Notes: generated from the sequence alone by a model not told the origin. A stretch of DNA of 64,000 bases from Octopus vulgaris (GCA_951406725.2 OX597815.1:201624001-201688000); one strand, 5' to 3'; positions 30,268 through 45,350 are shown, counted from the first letter of the stretch. Program-made: numbers and translations.

Positions 30268-30660
30268 GTCATCGTCGTCGTTGTCGTCGTCGTCGCCGTC
30301 GCCGCCGCCCCAGAGCTTTTAACGCTTGAGATGGTCCACGCCGTGAGCTGTTCACTACAAATGATCTAAGATAACACCCCTTATTTTTCGAGCACCATCC
30401 GATGTATTCGAGCGGTTCCAGGCAGTGCTGTTTTCTGCAAGTGGTCCATCCACAACATAGCTCATATTCGTTCCACGTACTTCTCAATATTTGTACTCAC
30501 TGTTCCCAGGTCTACAACAATTATTGCTACTACTACCACCTTCTTGAATGACCGCAACTACTTAAACTTCCAAGCTATCGTGCCATATTTATCGACGTTT
30601 CTTTCTTCCATATGGCATATCTTGTTGTTAGCTGGGTATGCTATATCAATCATCCAGGAT
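30218..30660 (-). mobile_element. R4/Dong-type (RLE) non-LTR retrotransposon 3' fragment ending in (GAT)n
   Basis: IDIAYPANNKI...DKY...VVVVAIIVVDLGTV...LQKTALPGTARIHRMVL, the RLE C-terminus. Confidence 0.78.
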
Positions 30661-30947
30661 CATTCACTTTCTTTCTCAATTATTTGAAGTTGCATGAACA
30701 ATATATAAACAATTGTTTTTCATTCTTTCTTTCTACCAATTGTTTCTACCAAAAAAGCACTTTGAATGAATATTTGATATTTTGCCTACGTTTGATTTAA
30801 TAATATTCTGGACATTAAAATCGTTCGCACTGTATTACGATTGCTAGTGTCAGTTGTCTTTTCAATTTACCCAAACAAGGATGTGTGGCTTAAATACAGA
30901 AACACAACCTTTCGATATACCATTAAATATGTAGTGTTTGTGTATAA

Positions 30948-31237
30948 AATCCTTTCTACTATAGGCACAAGGCCTAATATTTTTGGGGGGTTTGTTTAAA
31001 TCGATCTTGTCCACCCCAGTGCACAACTTGTACTTAATTTATCGACTCCGAAAGGATGAAAGGCGAAGTTGACCTCGGCGGAATTTGAACTCAGATGGGC
31101 GAAATACAGCTAAGCATTCAATACAGCGTACTAACGATTCTGCCAGCTCGCCGCCTTAGGCACTTGCCCACAGTGGGACTGAACCCGGAACCTTGTGGTT
31201 GGGAAGCAGGTTACTTACCACCAAGCTACTCCTGCGC
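30948..31237 (-). mobile_element. SINE family D copy abutting a family A head fragment (31159-31237)
   Basis: Reverse-complement homology to 51805 and 35424 copies. Confidence 0.85.
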
Positions 31238-32231
31238 TTGATTCTGTATAAAATCATGAATGCATGGAGATCGTTCTAACTTCTTATCAGACTCTCACAT
31301 CTTGGCATTAATGATAAAGTGAAAAGTTACTGCTGTTTGTGCAAATAAATTTTCTTTTAATTGATTTCTTCGGCTTATCGACCAAGAGGCCCTATATATC
31401 TTTAGAGGAACTGCATCTACAATTAAGCATACTTACGTATTCCAAATCAAAGGATTAAATATTTATGGTTAATAGGGTAATTTTTAGCAGTTAAGCGAAG
31501 CATATTTTCGGCAACCGTGTATTTCAGTTTCAAGAAGACATTGGAAAGATGTTTATAATTCTCATATCTCCTTTCTTTTGATTGGCAGAGTATTCGTATA
31601 AATGTCATCCGTGAAACACATGGGTTCTGTTTTTACTTATAAAATGTATTGCTCTATCAATAAAATATATATCATAAATTAACAAATTAATATCACTCTA
31701 CTCGTAATTTTATTTGCGACTCTACAAACTCAATCACGTGTTGCTCTCTAGTGCCTAGTTATTGCATCAGATATATCATTTCATCATACTATTTTACGTG
31801 ATAAGAATTTTGATTCCGAAATAAAGGAAATATGAGAAAAAAGACGTACGAAATACGCATATATAATTTTTGTTGGCTTGCCTATTAGGAAGATCTTGAA
31901 ATATCTAGTCAGTGGTATCTAGACTTGTATAGAAATAATTCATTAGAAATTCTCAGCTTCATATAATCCGAGATATATTAATTAAACATTTTGTTACAAA
32001 ATTATGTAAAGAAAATCATGTAAAGAAAATCGCAGAAAACAATCACAGTAATGAAAAATAGGAATCTAAAATTTCAGGATTACAGGAATAGATTCGATTT
32101 GAATATTTTTAATTTACTCACGGAATCAGCCTGATCCCAAAACGATATGGTATGTTGGGGTATGGGTTTCAGACATATCATGTATGGACACCATACATGA
32201 TATGTATTTCAATTCAAGTGTATTTTATATA

Positions 32232-32520
32232 TAGCCTTGTGAGTGGATTTGGTAGACGGAAACGGAAAGAAGCCCGTCGTATATATGTATATATATATAT
32301 ATATATGCATGTGTGTGTTTGTATGTCTGTGTCTGTCCCCCTAGCATTGCTTGACAACCGATGCTGGTGTGTTTATGTCCCCGTTACTTAGCGATTTGGC
32401 AAAAGAGACCAATAGAATAAGTACTGGGCTTACAAAAGAATAAGTCCCGGGGTCGAGTTGCTCGATTGAAGGCGGTGCTCCAGCATGGCCGCAGTCAAAT
32501 GACTGAAACAAGTAAAAGAA
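32232..32520 (+). mobile_element. SINE family A, 5'-truncated
   Basis: Homology to 9500-9812; tail ggcggtgctccagcatggccgcagtcaaatgactgaaac. Confidence 0.9.
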
Positions 32521-32534
32521 GAAGAAGAAGAAGA

Positions 32535-32662
<128 letters not shown>

Positions 32663-32789
32663 GTGTATGTATATGTATATAGAAATATAATAAAAGGCTT
32701 CCAAATAAGGAAGCGTAGTGCTAGAAACACAAAGAGGGATAAATTCATGAAAGGCATGACAATTAAAAACATTTACCATCTCAGATATA

Positions 32790-32865
32790 TCCCAGACCGA
32801 ACGGTTTCTACCTATTTTTAGCAAACACACAGAATATATTTTCCAGGCCAGCTTCTTCAGTGGGA
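32790..32865 (-). ncRNA. Type I hammerhead ribozyme motif with intact core (within ~32680-32935 pLTR-like element, family H2)
   Basis: UCCCA-CUGAAGA-[long stem II region]-GAA-ACCGUUCGGU-C-UGGGA; GUC cleavage triplet, 5-bp stem I. Confidence 0.75.
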
Positions 32866-33380
32866 AGCCTTCGTAATCCAAGACGCACAGACTGTTAGAA
32901 GCACATGTAGATCTAACGGTTTGTATATCCTAACTTTTCAAACCTATATGTATATAGGTAAATACATATGTGTGTGTGTGTATTATGTACGTATGTATTA
33001 AAGAAAGCAAAAAATAAAACAAAGATGACAATGTTCGGTAGTTGGTTGAGTATGCTGGCCACAGGAGCTTTCACTCCAGGACAATTGTACATCAACTCTC
33101 CCCTTCCCTCACATACCTATCTCTCTCTCTCTTTCTCTCTCTGATTATTAATCCCATTGTCACCATCAGTACTACTACATTTAATAAAATAAAATCAACT
33201 CTCCCTAAATTTCTTTGTCTCTCTTTTTCTTCTTCTATTTTTCTTTCTCTCTCTCTTTCTCTGTCTTCGCCACCGCCCTCACCGTCTCTATAGCGAGTAT
33301 TACTCTCACCCCAGCATGAGGAAGGGCCATTGAAAAAAAACGTTTTCTCATTTATTATATTGTGTGTGCGTGTGTGTGAT

Positions 33381-33415
<35 letters not shown>

Positions 33416-33851
33416 AAATATAAAAATGGAACAAAAGCGCAATAGAGAGCATTAAAATATTCGGACAGATAGAGGATACAAAAGTAGCCAAGAGAAACAA
33501 CAATTAGAAGGACTGGCAAAAGTAGAGGTGTCATTTTTGATTTTCTTTCATCGGTCAGGTACCAAAAGTCACGATCATTTCGGACAGTTAACATTGAGAT
33601 GGTTCGAACTGATTTTCCCCCAAAAAGTCTAAGCTAAGAGCATTAGACCTCTTTGTAAGAAAGCTAGGAAGCGACAACAAAGACGAAAAAAAACCAAACA
33701 AAACAAAATACGGAGAACATGGTACACAATTACGAATAAAAGAACAAGAAATAACAACAGGCGTCTTTCGACTGAGAGAGAACGATACAAATTGAGCTGG
33801 TGTGTATGAAGTAAAAGCCTAAAGGCAGGAAATGGGAGACGGATACAAGAT

Positions 33852-33926
<75 letters not shown>

Positions 33927-33929
<3 letters not shown>

Positions 33930-34215
33930 GGTCCCGGGTTGATTCGGGGTTAACCACAGTAAGTAAGGTACTCAATACATAGCAGAGTAAAATTAATTTA
34001 TTATATAGAAGGAGCTTCTACAGGACTAGTACTGTTTCATTCAAGAGAAATCTTCAGGAAGCTATTTAACAAGAATTGTATTAGCATTTATACATTTAGG
34101 CAGGTTTAAAGGAGTGGTGGTGGGGGACTTTTTTGGGGGGTAGGCATAGCGCAAAATATCATACTTGGGGGAGTGGTCAAGGAGTCAGTGGTAAGTTAGA
34201 TGAAAGAATAGATAA
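33927..34215 (-). mobile_element. Hammerhead-containing pLTR/retrozyme-like element, family H3, abutting (TA)n
   Basis: Unique non-coding segment between (TA)n and an (AAAAAT)n tract, containing the hammerhead at 34013-34063; right boundary uncertain. Confidence 0.6.
34013..34063 (-). ncRNA. Type I hammerhead ribozyme, near canonical
   Basis: AGCUUC-CUGAAGA-UUUC-ucuu-GAAU-GAA-ACAGUACUAGUCCUGU-A-GAAGCU: 6-bp stem I, full core, near-palindromic stem III, GUA triplet. Confidence 0.85.
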
Positions 34216-35302
34216 ATAAAAAAAATAAAAAAATAAAAAAATAAAAAAAAATAAAAATAAAAAAATAATAAAATAAAAGAATAAATAAAATAATAAATAA
34301 AAGAATAAATAAAAAAATAAAAAAATAAAAAAATAAAAAAATAAAAAATATATATAAATATAAAAAATATATATATAAAAAAATATATATATAAAAAAAG
34401 GGGGGATAGAGTTATAGGTAAATAAGGAGATTCTCACTTATACCTATACACATATGTATACGTATCTACACACATATATATACACATATATATACACATA
34501 CATATACATACATACACATATACATACATATCTACATACACACATACATACACCCGCCCACATATACAAATTGATACACATGCACATGCATATACCTGTC
34601 TCTGTTCGTTAGAATGTTGTAATATGTCAATTCGATGTAAACTGCATTATTGCCTATTTAGATAATCACGTAACCTTCATTTTCTTGATATTTATGCCGA
34701 ACTATACTGCTGACGCTGATAATTTTTCTTTTAATTTTTCAATAACATTAAAACCACTTCAAAATAATTATCATTCTAAGTTAGTCTACATTCACAGCAT
34801 TGCTTATTACAGTATATTCCCGACACCGAATTAATAAGTATATGTTTACAAACTCGGGAAACTCGACAATGTAAATTTCTTTTAATGCGCATATGTTATT
34901 ATTAATTTTATGGAATGGAATGATAAAATTGTTCTAAATTCTGGCGTTATATCCTTACTGACTTTATGGGTATTACTTAGATGTTATTTAGCAATTTACT
35001 GAATTCGGATATAACTTAGATATTTATTTCACATGTTGCATACGGTCAAGGTGTGTGCCCCAGGATTGTGCTTGTGCATTGAGTGCACATGTGTGATTAG
35101 TGATTCTCATGTAAACTACATGACAAGAGAGTTGTCAATAAATAAGAGATGTGATTTAGGAAAACAAATATCATATATATGATGATTACTTATATATTTC
35201 GCATGTTATTTAATTTATTTGATATATTTTTATTCTGAATAGTCATTTCAGAGACCATTGACATGCATTTTATTAAAAAGGACATTTAAAAAGAATCCTT
35301 GC

Positions 35303-35401
<99 letters not shown>

Positions 35402-35423
35402 TGTATGTATGTATACTCTTTAC

Positions 35424-35828
35424 TCTTTTACTTGTTTCAGTAATTTGACTGTGGCCATGCTGGAGCTCCGCCTTTTGTCGAGCAAATCGACCCCACGACT
35501 TATTCTTTGCAAGCCTAGTACTTATTCTATAGGTCTCTTTTCCCGAGCCGCTAAGTCACGGGGACGTAAACACACCAGTATCGGTTGTCAAGCGATGTTG
35601 GGTGGGGGACAAACATAGACACACAAACACACACACACACACATATATATATACATATACATATATACGACGTGCTTCTTTCAGTTTCCGTTTACCAAAT
35701 CCACTCACAAGGCTTTGGTCGGCTCGAGGTTATAGAAGAAACTTGCGCTAGGTGCCACGCAGTGGGACTGAACCCGGAACCATGTGGCTCGTAAGCAAGC
35801 TACTTACCACACAGCCACTCCTACGCCT
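35424..35828 (-). mobile_element. SINE family A, full length
   Basis: tggctgtgtggtaag A box and ggttcagtccc B box on the minus strand, plus complete tail. Confidence 0.92.
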
Positions 35829-37693
35829 ATCGCTAAAATTTCTTGGTATCATGTATATTTTCGCTTCCACAAGAGTTGTGTGTCGCAAAATGAATCGATT
35901 TCGTTTTGTGACAGATTTATTTGGGGAAGGTTGCTGGTGATATATTTGTACATTATCGCGTTTTCTATAAATTACTTTTGTGCTCATTCGCACAGCAATG
36001 TAAACGAGGCCATCAGTCTTTCATGGAGAATTGTACGAAATATATTTAAGTATTTGTTTTGCACTTCTATGGAACGGTTGCATTTATCCTTCTGCATTCA
36101 GTGTGCAGTATGTGCTTAATAGCAGCTTGCAATTATCCAATATACCATTCAGATATAATCACGGGAGTTCTTTTATAAACAATGAACATGTTCTTGAAAT
36201 TCCTGATTTCTCCTAATTCTTTCATGCATTTCTGTATACATAACTGAACCCTAAGGACGTCTGCATTTAAGCAGAATGCGTCTCTACTCTATTACTCTCA
36301 TTTATAACAACCCTCTCCACTAAACATCTATTGTTATCTTCACAAAGTAAATATATAGCACTACTTTAACAACGTTACCAAATAACATTTCGCATTCACA
36401 TGCTCTTGATTTGTTAATGTTATTCTCTTTTACAGGAATTTGTCTTCGAGGATTCTGGACTTCCTTTATATTACAATCAATATATTCCCCGATGAGATAT
36501 GCTCTAAGTTAATAAATTACATGTTTTCAGAAAGGGGTGTGATTCTACAGTACTTTACGCAACGTTGTAGCACTCTCTTAAATTTGAAAATCATCCGTCC
36601 CTTTTCAATTTATGGCATGTGAATCTCCCGTCGATATCATAAGTATCAATGGTAAAGGGTCTGTATTTCATTATTTATTTAGGGAAGAAAACTTATGAAT
36701 AGTCGATTTTGAAATATACTCTAACAGGAACAGAGACAGAAATAAATAGGTTACAATATGCCACTGATATTTAAAACATAAAATAACAAAACCTACTCAG
36801 ATACCATGTCGAATGTTAATCTTTACTAGTGACTATGGTGAACTTGAAGCAAATGTAAACAATAATCAATACAAAACAGACCAGGAGGGATGTTATAATC
36901 AAATATAAACTCCTCAATAACAGTTGATATAGCAGTAATCCAAAAATTATATATTTATTATACCAGACAATAATCATTGAAGAAATTGAATTTCTCTTGA
37001 TTAATCGGCTTAGTTTCCTAAGGGGATTATTAATAATTTATTTTTACGTATTTTGAACTAATTTATAAAATCGATCTATTTTGTATTATGTTTCAAATTT
37101 AATTCCATATAAATGTAGAACTAATACTATATTGACTAAATTTAGCATATGCTAGAGTTTGAAATATTATGATATCGAAATTATTAAAAACAAAATATTT
37201 GTTCGCCATTTTCAACACACGCACACACCGATATTCACACGCTCGCACACACATATTTATATGTATGCATGTATGTGTGTACGGATGGACGGAAAGATGG
37301 ATGGATAGACGGACGAATGGACGGACGGGATGATGGATGGATGACTGGATGGATGGATGGATGGATGGATGGATGGATGGATGGATGGATGGATGGCGTA
37401 AAACTTTAACGTACATCCTGTAGTGGGGTCAGGTTTGTGAGTTCCTTTCTTTTGAGAGATGTCGAACCACCTCTTGCCCACTGTCATTTCCATATCTACG
37501 CTGAACCAGACTCGATGCGCCTCTCAGGATTGTCATACTATCCTTCTACAACAATCATCGACTTAAGAAGACAACATGGTTCTCCTTCATATCTCTGGTA
37601 AATAAATAAATGAAGCAACGATTGCACTTTCATGTTGGGATACGTGTTTGTGAGTGTGGTAGAGTGTATGCGTGTGTGTGTAAGGATGTATAG

Positions 37694-37752
<59 letters not shown>

Positions 37753-37814
37753 ATATATGTATGCACATATATCTATAGAGAGAGAGAGACATTACACACA
37801 CATATGTATATGTA

Positions 37815-37950
<136 letters not shown>

Positions 37951-39280
37951 CTAACATACATACTTATATGTGTATGGACTCTTGTTTTTATTTGTTCTAG
38001 AGATGCAGAGCCTGAAACTTTGAAGGGAGAGGCTACTTAACTACACCATCCAGGGGGCTTCACTGGTAATCATTGCATCATTATCTAATGAATGAATTCT
38101 TAGTGGAACTCGGGTTCAGCGGGGAAATAAGAACTCAGAACATAAGGGTGAATGAATTGCCTCTTTGTACGATGTGCTTGCATTGAGCCTGCGTAAATTC
38201 TTGTGCTTGGGATTGAGTTGACGTCCATTCTTAGAGTTCTATAATTAAGACTACAGATATGCAAAATGAAATTGAAATCACAGCCAAATTACAGTTATGT
38301 AATTTTACGATCTATTACGAGTTCACCGATGCATAATTTGTAAATGTAGCATTAGTGATTTTATCACAGTTATACCATATTTTCTCAGTTTTTGGATGGA
38401 CATTTTTTGAGAACACTCATTAAAATGATGAGTTGGTTAAGGTTTAATTGGAAAATCATGTGCAAAACTAAATTTCCAAATTTAACATGGCAGGCTATAA
38501 TTTAAAGGTTTATGAATATAATTCTTAATTAAAAAGAAAAACCAACCCGTGTAACAAGGTAACTTGAGCTCTTCCCGTTCTCCTACTATCCCTTCCCCCT
38601 CTTTCTCTCTCCCCATATTTCTCTGCATATACGCAGAAATATGAGAACTTCTATTGGGTATGGACATATGCGATGGTATGACGAAATTCTTTATGATTAG
38701 ACGAGACAAGAAAAGTGATAGGATTCAAGATATCTCCATGGCTAAATGATGGTTTATGTGATAAGTAAATTTAAAAAGAGTTTGTAGGTCCTGCGGTGAC
38801 TATTATCACATTAATTACATTTTATTGTATACCTTTGAATGCAGGTGTATCCGTCTTCGATATATCACGGAAGTTCATAAACATATATATTGATGTATAT
38901 ACATCCATTTCCATTCCAAATGCAGTAAAGTTTCCTTCCGTTCAGGTTTTTGTGGAAATGGGCATGCATTTTTTTGATGAAACAGGAAACTATTCCGTCA
39001 TTAAACAATGGCAATGGATTACTATAAATACCCATGTATATGCACATACACATATGCGTGTTCTTACACATTCTATAATCACAAACACGCGCACACACAC
39101 ACACACACATACGCACGTACACTCACACATGCAAGCTCATACACACACAAATACACACACACACACACATACATATATATATGTGGACGGCAATGCAGCT
39201 AGAATTTATAATTAATCAGATTCCATTAAAGAATTCCATCAAAAAAGAAACATGACGACACACCAATAGTTCCTCCCTCA

Positions 39281-39313
<33 letters not shown>

Positions 39314-39381
39314 ACTTTCTTTCTCTCACTCTGTCACATACGCTCACATACCTACATGCGTACATGCACAAATACGTACAC

Positions 39382-39464
<83 letters not shown>

Positions 39465-40277
39465 CAGATATGCATGTGCGTTCGAGTGTTTATTCAAATG
39501 ATATGCCTATACATATATGTATCTATATATATGTGTGTGTGGGCGTATATGTAATTTCTTGTGCATACTTAAACGCATTTTTATAAACACACATATATAT
39601 AATTGTGTGTACATAGATATGTATAGGTATGTCCCAAAGGGTGATTGTTGAATTTGAATATATTGACGTCATTCAAATTATTCACTTTTTCCTTGACGAT
39701 TGCGAATTGTAAGGTCGATTGTAGGCGCCACATTCTGATATCATACACATGCATGTTTTGATGTTTCATTGTTGTTAGGAATCCTACTTTACAAATATGC
39801 TATAGCGGGATAATATAGATATCGTTTGCAAAGCTGTTCTTAGAAATTATATCAAGATATTTAACCAATCTATTCTATACATTCTTTCAAGTCTCGCTAC
39901 GGCTGTCATGTTAGCGCGATTGGCTTTGATATATTAATATGAAAACACGCTTTCAGCACAATAGTATAGGAACTGAATGTTCTTGATATAACGCCATGGA
40001 TAACGTTGATCCTTCTTTAATAAATTCTCTGGAAGTGGTCTAGAAGTCTGGCTAAGAAGCAATTTTCCTATAGATCTGATTCTAATTCCCTCTGGAAAGT
40101 AGCGCATTTGAGTAAGTGACATCTACCAACAGGTTATGACTTGGATTTTGCAAATGAGAACTGAACTGACAAAAATTGTACGCAAACAAATTAACACTCA
40201 TATAGAAACTCTCACGCTGACAAACACACATATATGCATTATACGTGTGTATTATATATATATATATATGCATCAAT

Positions 40278-40455
40278 GCAGCGAGCTATCAAGATCGTTT
40301 GAACGCCGCGTAAAATGCTTAGTGGCGTTTCATCCGCCTCTATGTAGCATATTCGTATTCCGCTGAGGTCCACTTTGATTTTGGTGCCGATAAAATAGGT
40401 ACCACTTGAGCAGTGGTGTCAATGTAATAACATTTCGTCTCCCACGAAATTCTTG
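40278..40455 (+). mobile_element. SINE family D, degenerate
   Basis: gcagcgagctatcaag...ccgctgaggtccacttt...gataaaataggtacca. Confidence 0.7.
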
Positions 40456-42573
40456 CTATCAATTTGTTTAATGTTTCCTCTCTGCATACTCTATCCCAAA
40501 TACTTAGGAAATCATATTTTCCTCATGTTCTGTTTTTCCCCTACCTTTTCTTCTTCTTCGTGGTTTTCCGTCTTTATTTAGTTTTGTTTTTTTTCTGATT
40601 TCTTAATGTCGAAATTGTAAAGAAGCAATCTACGCTTTGCGTTCTTTCTAATTATATAAAACCACGACTGGATTCGTTCATTACTTCTCCCAACTAATGT
40701 ATATGCTCGAATTATTTTTGTCGTTTTAGTTGCTTTGTAATTTTCATCTATCGACATTTGACATGAGTTTTTTTTTACTTTTGATGCTCAGCATTTGCGC
40801 TCGTGTGTCGTAAGATCTTGTATCATTAATGCTAGAGACAACGATAGATTTATCAATACAGTTAGTGTGTAGAACTTACAGTGAATATCATTCGACTGCG
40901 GGCGAAGAAATTTTACGCTTGTTTTACCGTTTGATTTTAGTTTTGTTAGCTTGTATCACTAGATTTTGCATTTTCTCTATAGTTCTGTTTTTAGATACTA
41001 TTCAGTCACACTCTCTGAACGCACGGGCAAACTACCAACCAAATGCGCACACATAGATGCGCTCGAACACTCACGCACACATACACACACGTTGTAATCA
41101 AAGGCATATCTAACAGATAATATAAGAGATAAGAGGATATTTTGTCTTCTTCATTCGGGTTATTTTCTCTTTATGTAACCCGAGGGGATAAGTATTGTGA
41201 GTGGAAATTTAATCCTATTTTATCAACTTCAAAGGAGACTTTAGTAATTTGTTTCTTCAATATTTAAAAAAAAAAAAAATTCTGGATTATCTCATGAGAC
41301 AAAGAATGCTGGTAGATTTTAAGATATTTTACTCCTATATTATTTCTTGTAACTGTTATAAGCCCAAGATTAGTGTCAGCAAAATTGGTGCTGATAAAAT
41401 AATCGTTTTCAAATAGCAACTGTTGCTCACGATATTACGATTTGTGTGAAAGCTGCTAGTAGATTTGTTGCTTGTGTTAATCTCGCTTTCTTCTGAATTG
41501 GTAATTTGCGCATTTGAATATGACATCAATCATGATATAGTTGACTCTACCCAGCAAAACCTGCAACGTATGACATGCATGTTCTATGGGATAATGAAAT
41601 GATTATCTGTACAGCGGAGAGGATTATATCACATTCTATTTACTCTTCTGTAACACATCTGTCTGAAGATTAAACAGTATTCTGAATAATTTCTTTCTCA
41701 CTACCATCGAAAGACTGATTGCATATTTTGAAGCAATAGACGGTTGGTGATAATGACTGAGTCCTGCCTCTATATTGCAGATTGAATGATGCTCTCGTGA
41801 AGAAAAAAGAAAAAGAAATGCTTTAATACTGCTCGTAAAAATCATATTGATTATCTGTAGATAAAAGGCAGTTATGTCAAAAATATAATAATGTCGAATA
41901 TTCAGATTTGGTTAGTAATTTCTAATGGAATTGATTGCATAAGTCTGAATAATTATGGAATTTAATCTCTTTCGGCATGTCGGATATCAACAAGCTTATA
42001 AGTGTATATTTAAAATCACTTCGATTATTTCGTTTACTAGAAATCGACAAAAATATATCCGATTTTTAATTATAAATATTGAAGTTTTCTTCCTCATTGA
42101 AAATATTACATCATTCCGTAAATAGAAGGATTATGTTAATAATCAATACGCATGGTATTTAATAGTTAAGAAAACGTGTTTTTTTTTTCTTCCTGTGTAT
42201 ATATCTTAAACGAATTAGAAAAATGACATCGGAAGGGGAATTAAATAACTATTTTTGTGGTATTCAGTGCAAAAACATTTCGTTTAAACAACAAAAATTC
42301 TCAGAAATTCAAGAGTAACACTGAGGGAGACACATACCACATAGGCTCATCATGCAATTTTGGATGCTCGCATACATAATGAGGACAACTGCACCAGACT
42401 GCATACTTTGTGCGCACATGAGAGATTTATATTATATAACTGTGTGTGTGTGTGTATGTGAGTGTGTGGGTTAGTACGTATAGCTATTTAGCTAACTTGC
42501 TAGATTGATAGATAGATAGATAGATAGATAGATAGGTAGATATGTGGAGAGAGGGATAGATAGATGCATAACC

Positions 42574-42605
<32 letters not shown>

Positions 42606-44213
42606 TGTATGTATTATGTATGTATACACGCACGCGCACAAGCATACACACACGCACATATATTTGATATCCCTCAAAAATACATGTATAGATGTGGTGA
42701 GAGTGTTTTTCATTCGACGGATTCTTCTTATTCCGATATTCTAAAATACTCTACGTACTCTTTCCTGTAAAATTAAAAATAGGCGATAGTTTTGTAGATA
42801 AAACCCCAATGAGTAGTACGTGGGGACTTAGTACCGTGGAAATGTAGTACCGCGAGTAGCTGGAATTGAGCAGCTCGCTAACATCCTGAAATAAAAGCAA
42901 AAGTAACCAAATGACATTTTAAGTGAAATATAGCCACACCACTCACCTAACCGGAATGAGTTATGTAATTTCAGGTTTGTACCATATAATAATAACTATT
43001 TAGTGTATTAGCAGGCTGTGAGATTGGAAGATATTTATCTTCAAATTATACAACCGGTATCGTTCTTTTCAATCATATGGTATTATATGAAGTGTATAAC
43101 TTTATGGAACGTTGTGAAATAGTAAAAAATATTATTTCCTTTTAATTTTATAAAGAATGCGGCAACAAAAATATATTCTGTGAGGAACATAGGTAATAAA
43201 ATGGCACGAGTTTTCTTTGGAACATTGTATTCTAAGTTTTATGTTCTAAAGAATATCTGCACGTGAGTTTATAATCAGTTTACGCGAAAACCCACGCTGC
43301 GGAAAACAAATCAATTTGTACGTAAGCTCGCTGCTTTAGCTCTGCACGAATCAAACTATATATATTCGACCATTGTCGCGTCACTCATGCCTTTGAGCTA
43401 AATTTCTACGTTATTTCATTGCACCCAGTTTTGTTTTTAATCATTGTTCTTACAAAAAAAAAAACAGTATAAAGAAAATTAGCCTCGAAAGCTATACAAC
43501 AAAAAATGTGTTGTCGCAAATAACAAACGTTAGGTACTATATGCAATGTTATCTATATAATCTTAGCATTCTTTATAAAAATCGATCGAATAGTTATAAT
43601 TAATCATTGTTGCCCTGTTTCCTGTTACCTGATTGATTTCCATACTTTTATTTTTAACCTTATTCTTATTATTATTTTCTTCTTTCTTTTTTTTTTTTGC
43701 TTGGAAAATCTGAAAAGCCAGTGAAGTGATAAACAATAGAGGAAAATGTTCAAATATTCAAAACATAAAAGAGCTTTTATTTTTTTAATTACAGACATTC
43801 TGGTAGTTCATCAACATAACAACACTAATATTAATTAAAACATTACATGGTGAAGACAATTCAATATTCTGTATTGGCTTACTGAATTTATAATGCAAAG
43901 TGATGGGTGGAGGAGAATTGAAAGAAAACTAAAAACTACTCATTGAATATCCTTTGATGGCATGTAATATAACTTTATCTTAGATGATATGTTGATTTTT
44001 TATCTCTCTTTCGTTTGAGAATGCTGTATAGCATAATTAGTTGCAATTTATAGAAACGCAGATTACGAACGAAAGTAAAATACAATAAAACGAAGAAAGG
44101 CACATCAATATCCTCTATTATGTCGTTCTACGAAAATAATTGAAATTTTAATTATTGACAAAAGAAGCTGATCGATGCAATACATGCTGAGTAGGACTAT
44201 CTAAGATTACTAT

Positions 44214-44280
<67 letters not shown>

Positions 44281-44380
44281 GTCTATCTCTCTCTCTCTCT
44301 CTATCTTTCTGTCTATCTATCTTTATATCTCTCTATATGTCTATTTATCAATCTATGTGTCTGTCTCACTCTCTCTCTCT

Positions 44381-44456
<76 letters not shown>

Positions 44457-44639
44457 TATAAATCAAGAAAAAATTATTAAGTAGTGCAATACAACAGTAT
44501 TGCTCCCCAGTAAAACAAAGCACCATCAAGTTAAAGTACAAATTTTTTGCAGTATATATATAGTGAAGCTTTACTATAGCGTCGTATAATATCGTCTGCC
44601 ATTTCCAGTAAAATATTGGTGCATTGTTGTACCGCTATC

Positions 44640-44687
<48 letters not shown>

Positions 44688-44929
44688 GTATCTCTTTCTC
44701 TATCTAGCTATCTAGCTAATTAATTAACTATAGATAGGCATATGAGCACATTCATACTGTTACACATTATACACAAACACACTAATATATAAACGCACTC
44801 ACACACAAAAACACGTGTAGACCTGCGTAAATACACAATACTAAAACACGTATACAATGGGCATGAAAGAAAGGAAACATTCAATTACCTATATGAACCT
44901 TCAACATCCGATAAACATGAATATGAATC

Positions 44930-45200
44930 AGCAGGACACACTATTCGCCATCTACTATATTGTTTGTGTATACGTCTGTTCAATTCTATCGTTCTTCGAA
45001 GTTTCCTTTCTTTTCCATCTTCCTCAGAGAATACTCTTTGCCATGCCGCTTGATCCCGGCACGCGATCATAAGATATCACTGTTGTTTTTTCAGTCGTTA
45101 TTAGACTGTCCTCGTATAATACATTCTATGCGAGTTGAACATCCTTTCTGTACTGTCCCCGGTAATCTATATGTAATACGTTGCATTAGCGTGTTATCAG
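44930..45200 (-). mobile_element. RTE-clade LINE 3' relic
   Basis: Frame reading ITTEK...PGSSGMAKSIL*GRWKRK resembles the RTE C-terminal GHVSRSSGLAKTILQG pattern. Confidence 0.6.
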
Positions 45201-45242
45201 CAGTGACTGTGTCTTTGTATATTTGCAATGAATGTGTGTGTA

Positions 45243-45350
<108 letters not shown>

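Noticed and set aside
32471-32515. SINE/LINE tail stem followed by GAAAC-AA-GUA, resembling half a hammerhead
   Set aside because: No CUGANGA box and no stem I; better explained as the LINE RT recognition stem-loop
33420-33855. Further hammerhead-like fragments (ccgatga and gaaatgatcgtg on minus; similar traces at 835-880, 16630 and 20153)
   Set aside because: Stems could not be closed convincingly; at most decayed pLTRs, so not counted
35760-35828. tRNA-like A/B boxes (also at other SINE heads)
   Set aside because: No cloverleaf or acceptor stem, and continuous with SINE bodies
36421-36655. Good acceptor (ttctcttttacag) and a downstream gtaaag donor-like site
   Set aside because: The frames checked contain stops and no recognisable product; unsupported without RNA data
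44885-45070. Possible host exon (minus-strand ORF ending at an AG|GTAATT donor-like site)
   Set aside because: A neighbouring frame matches the RTE LINE C-terminus, so a TE relic is the simpler explanation
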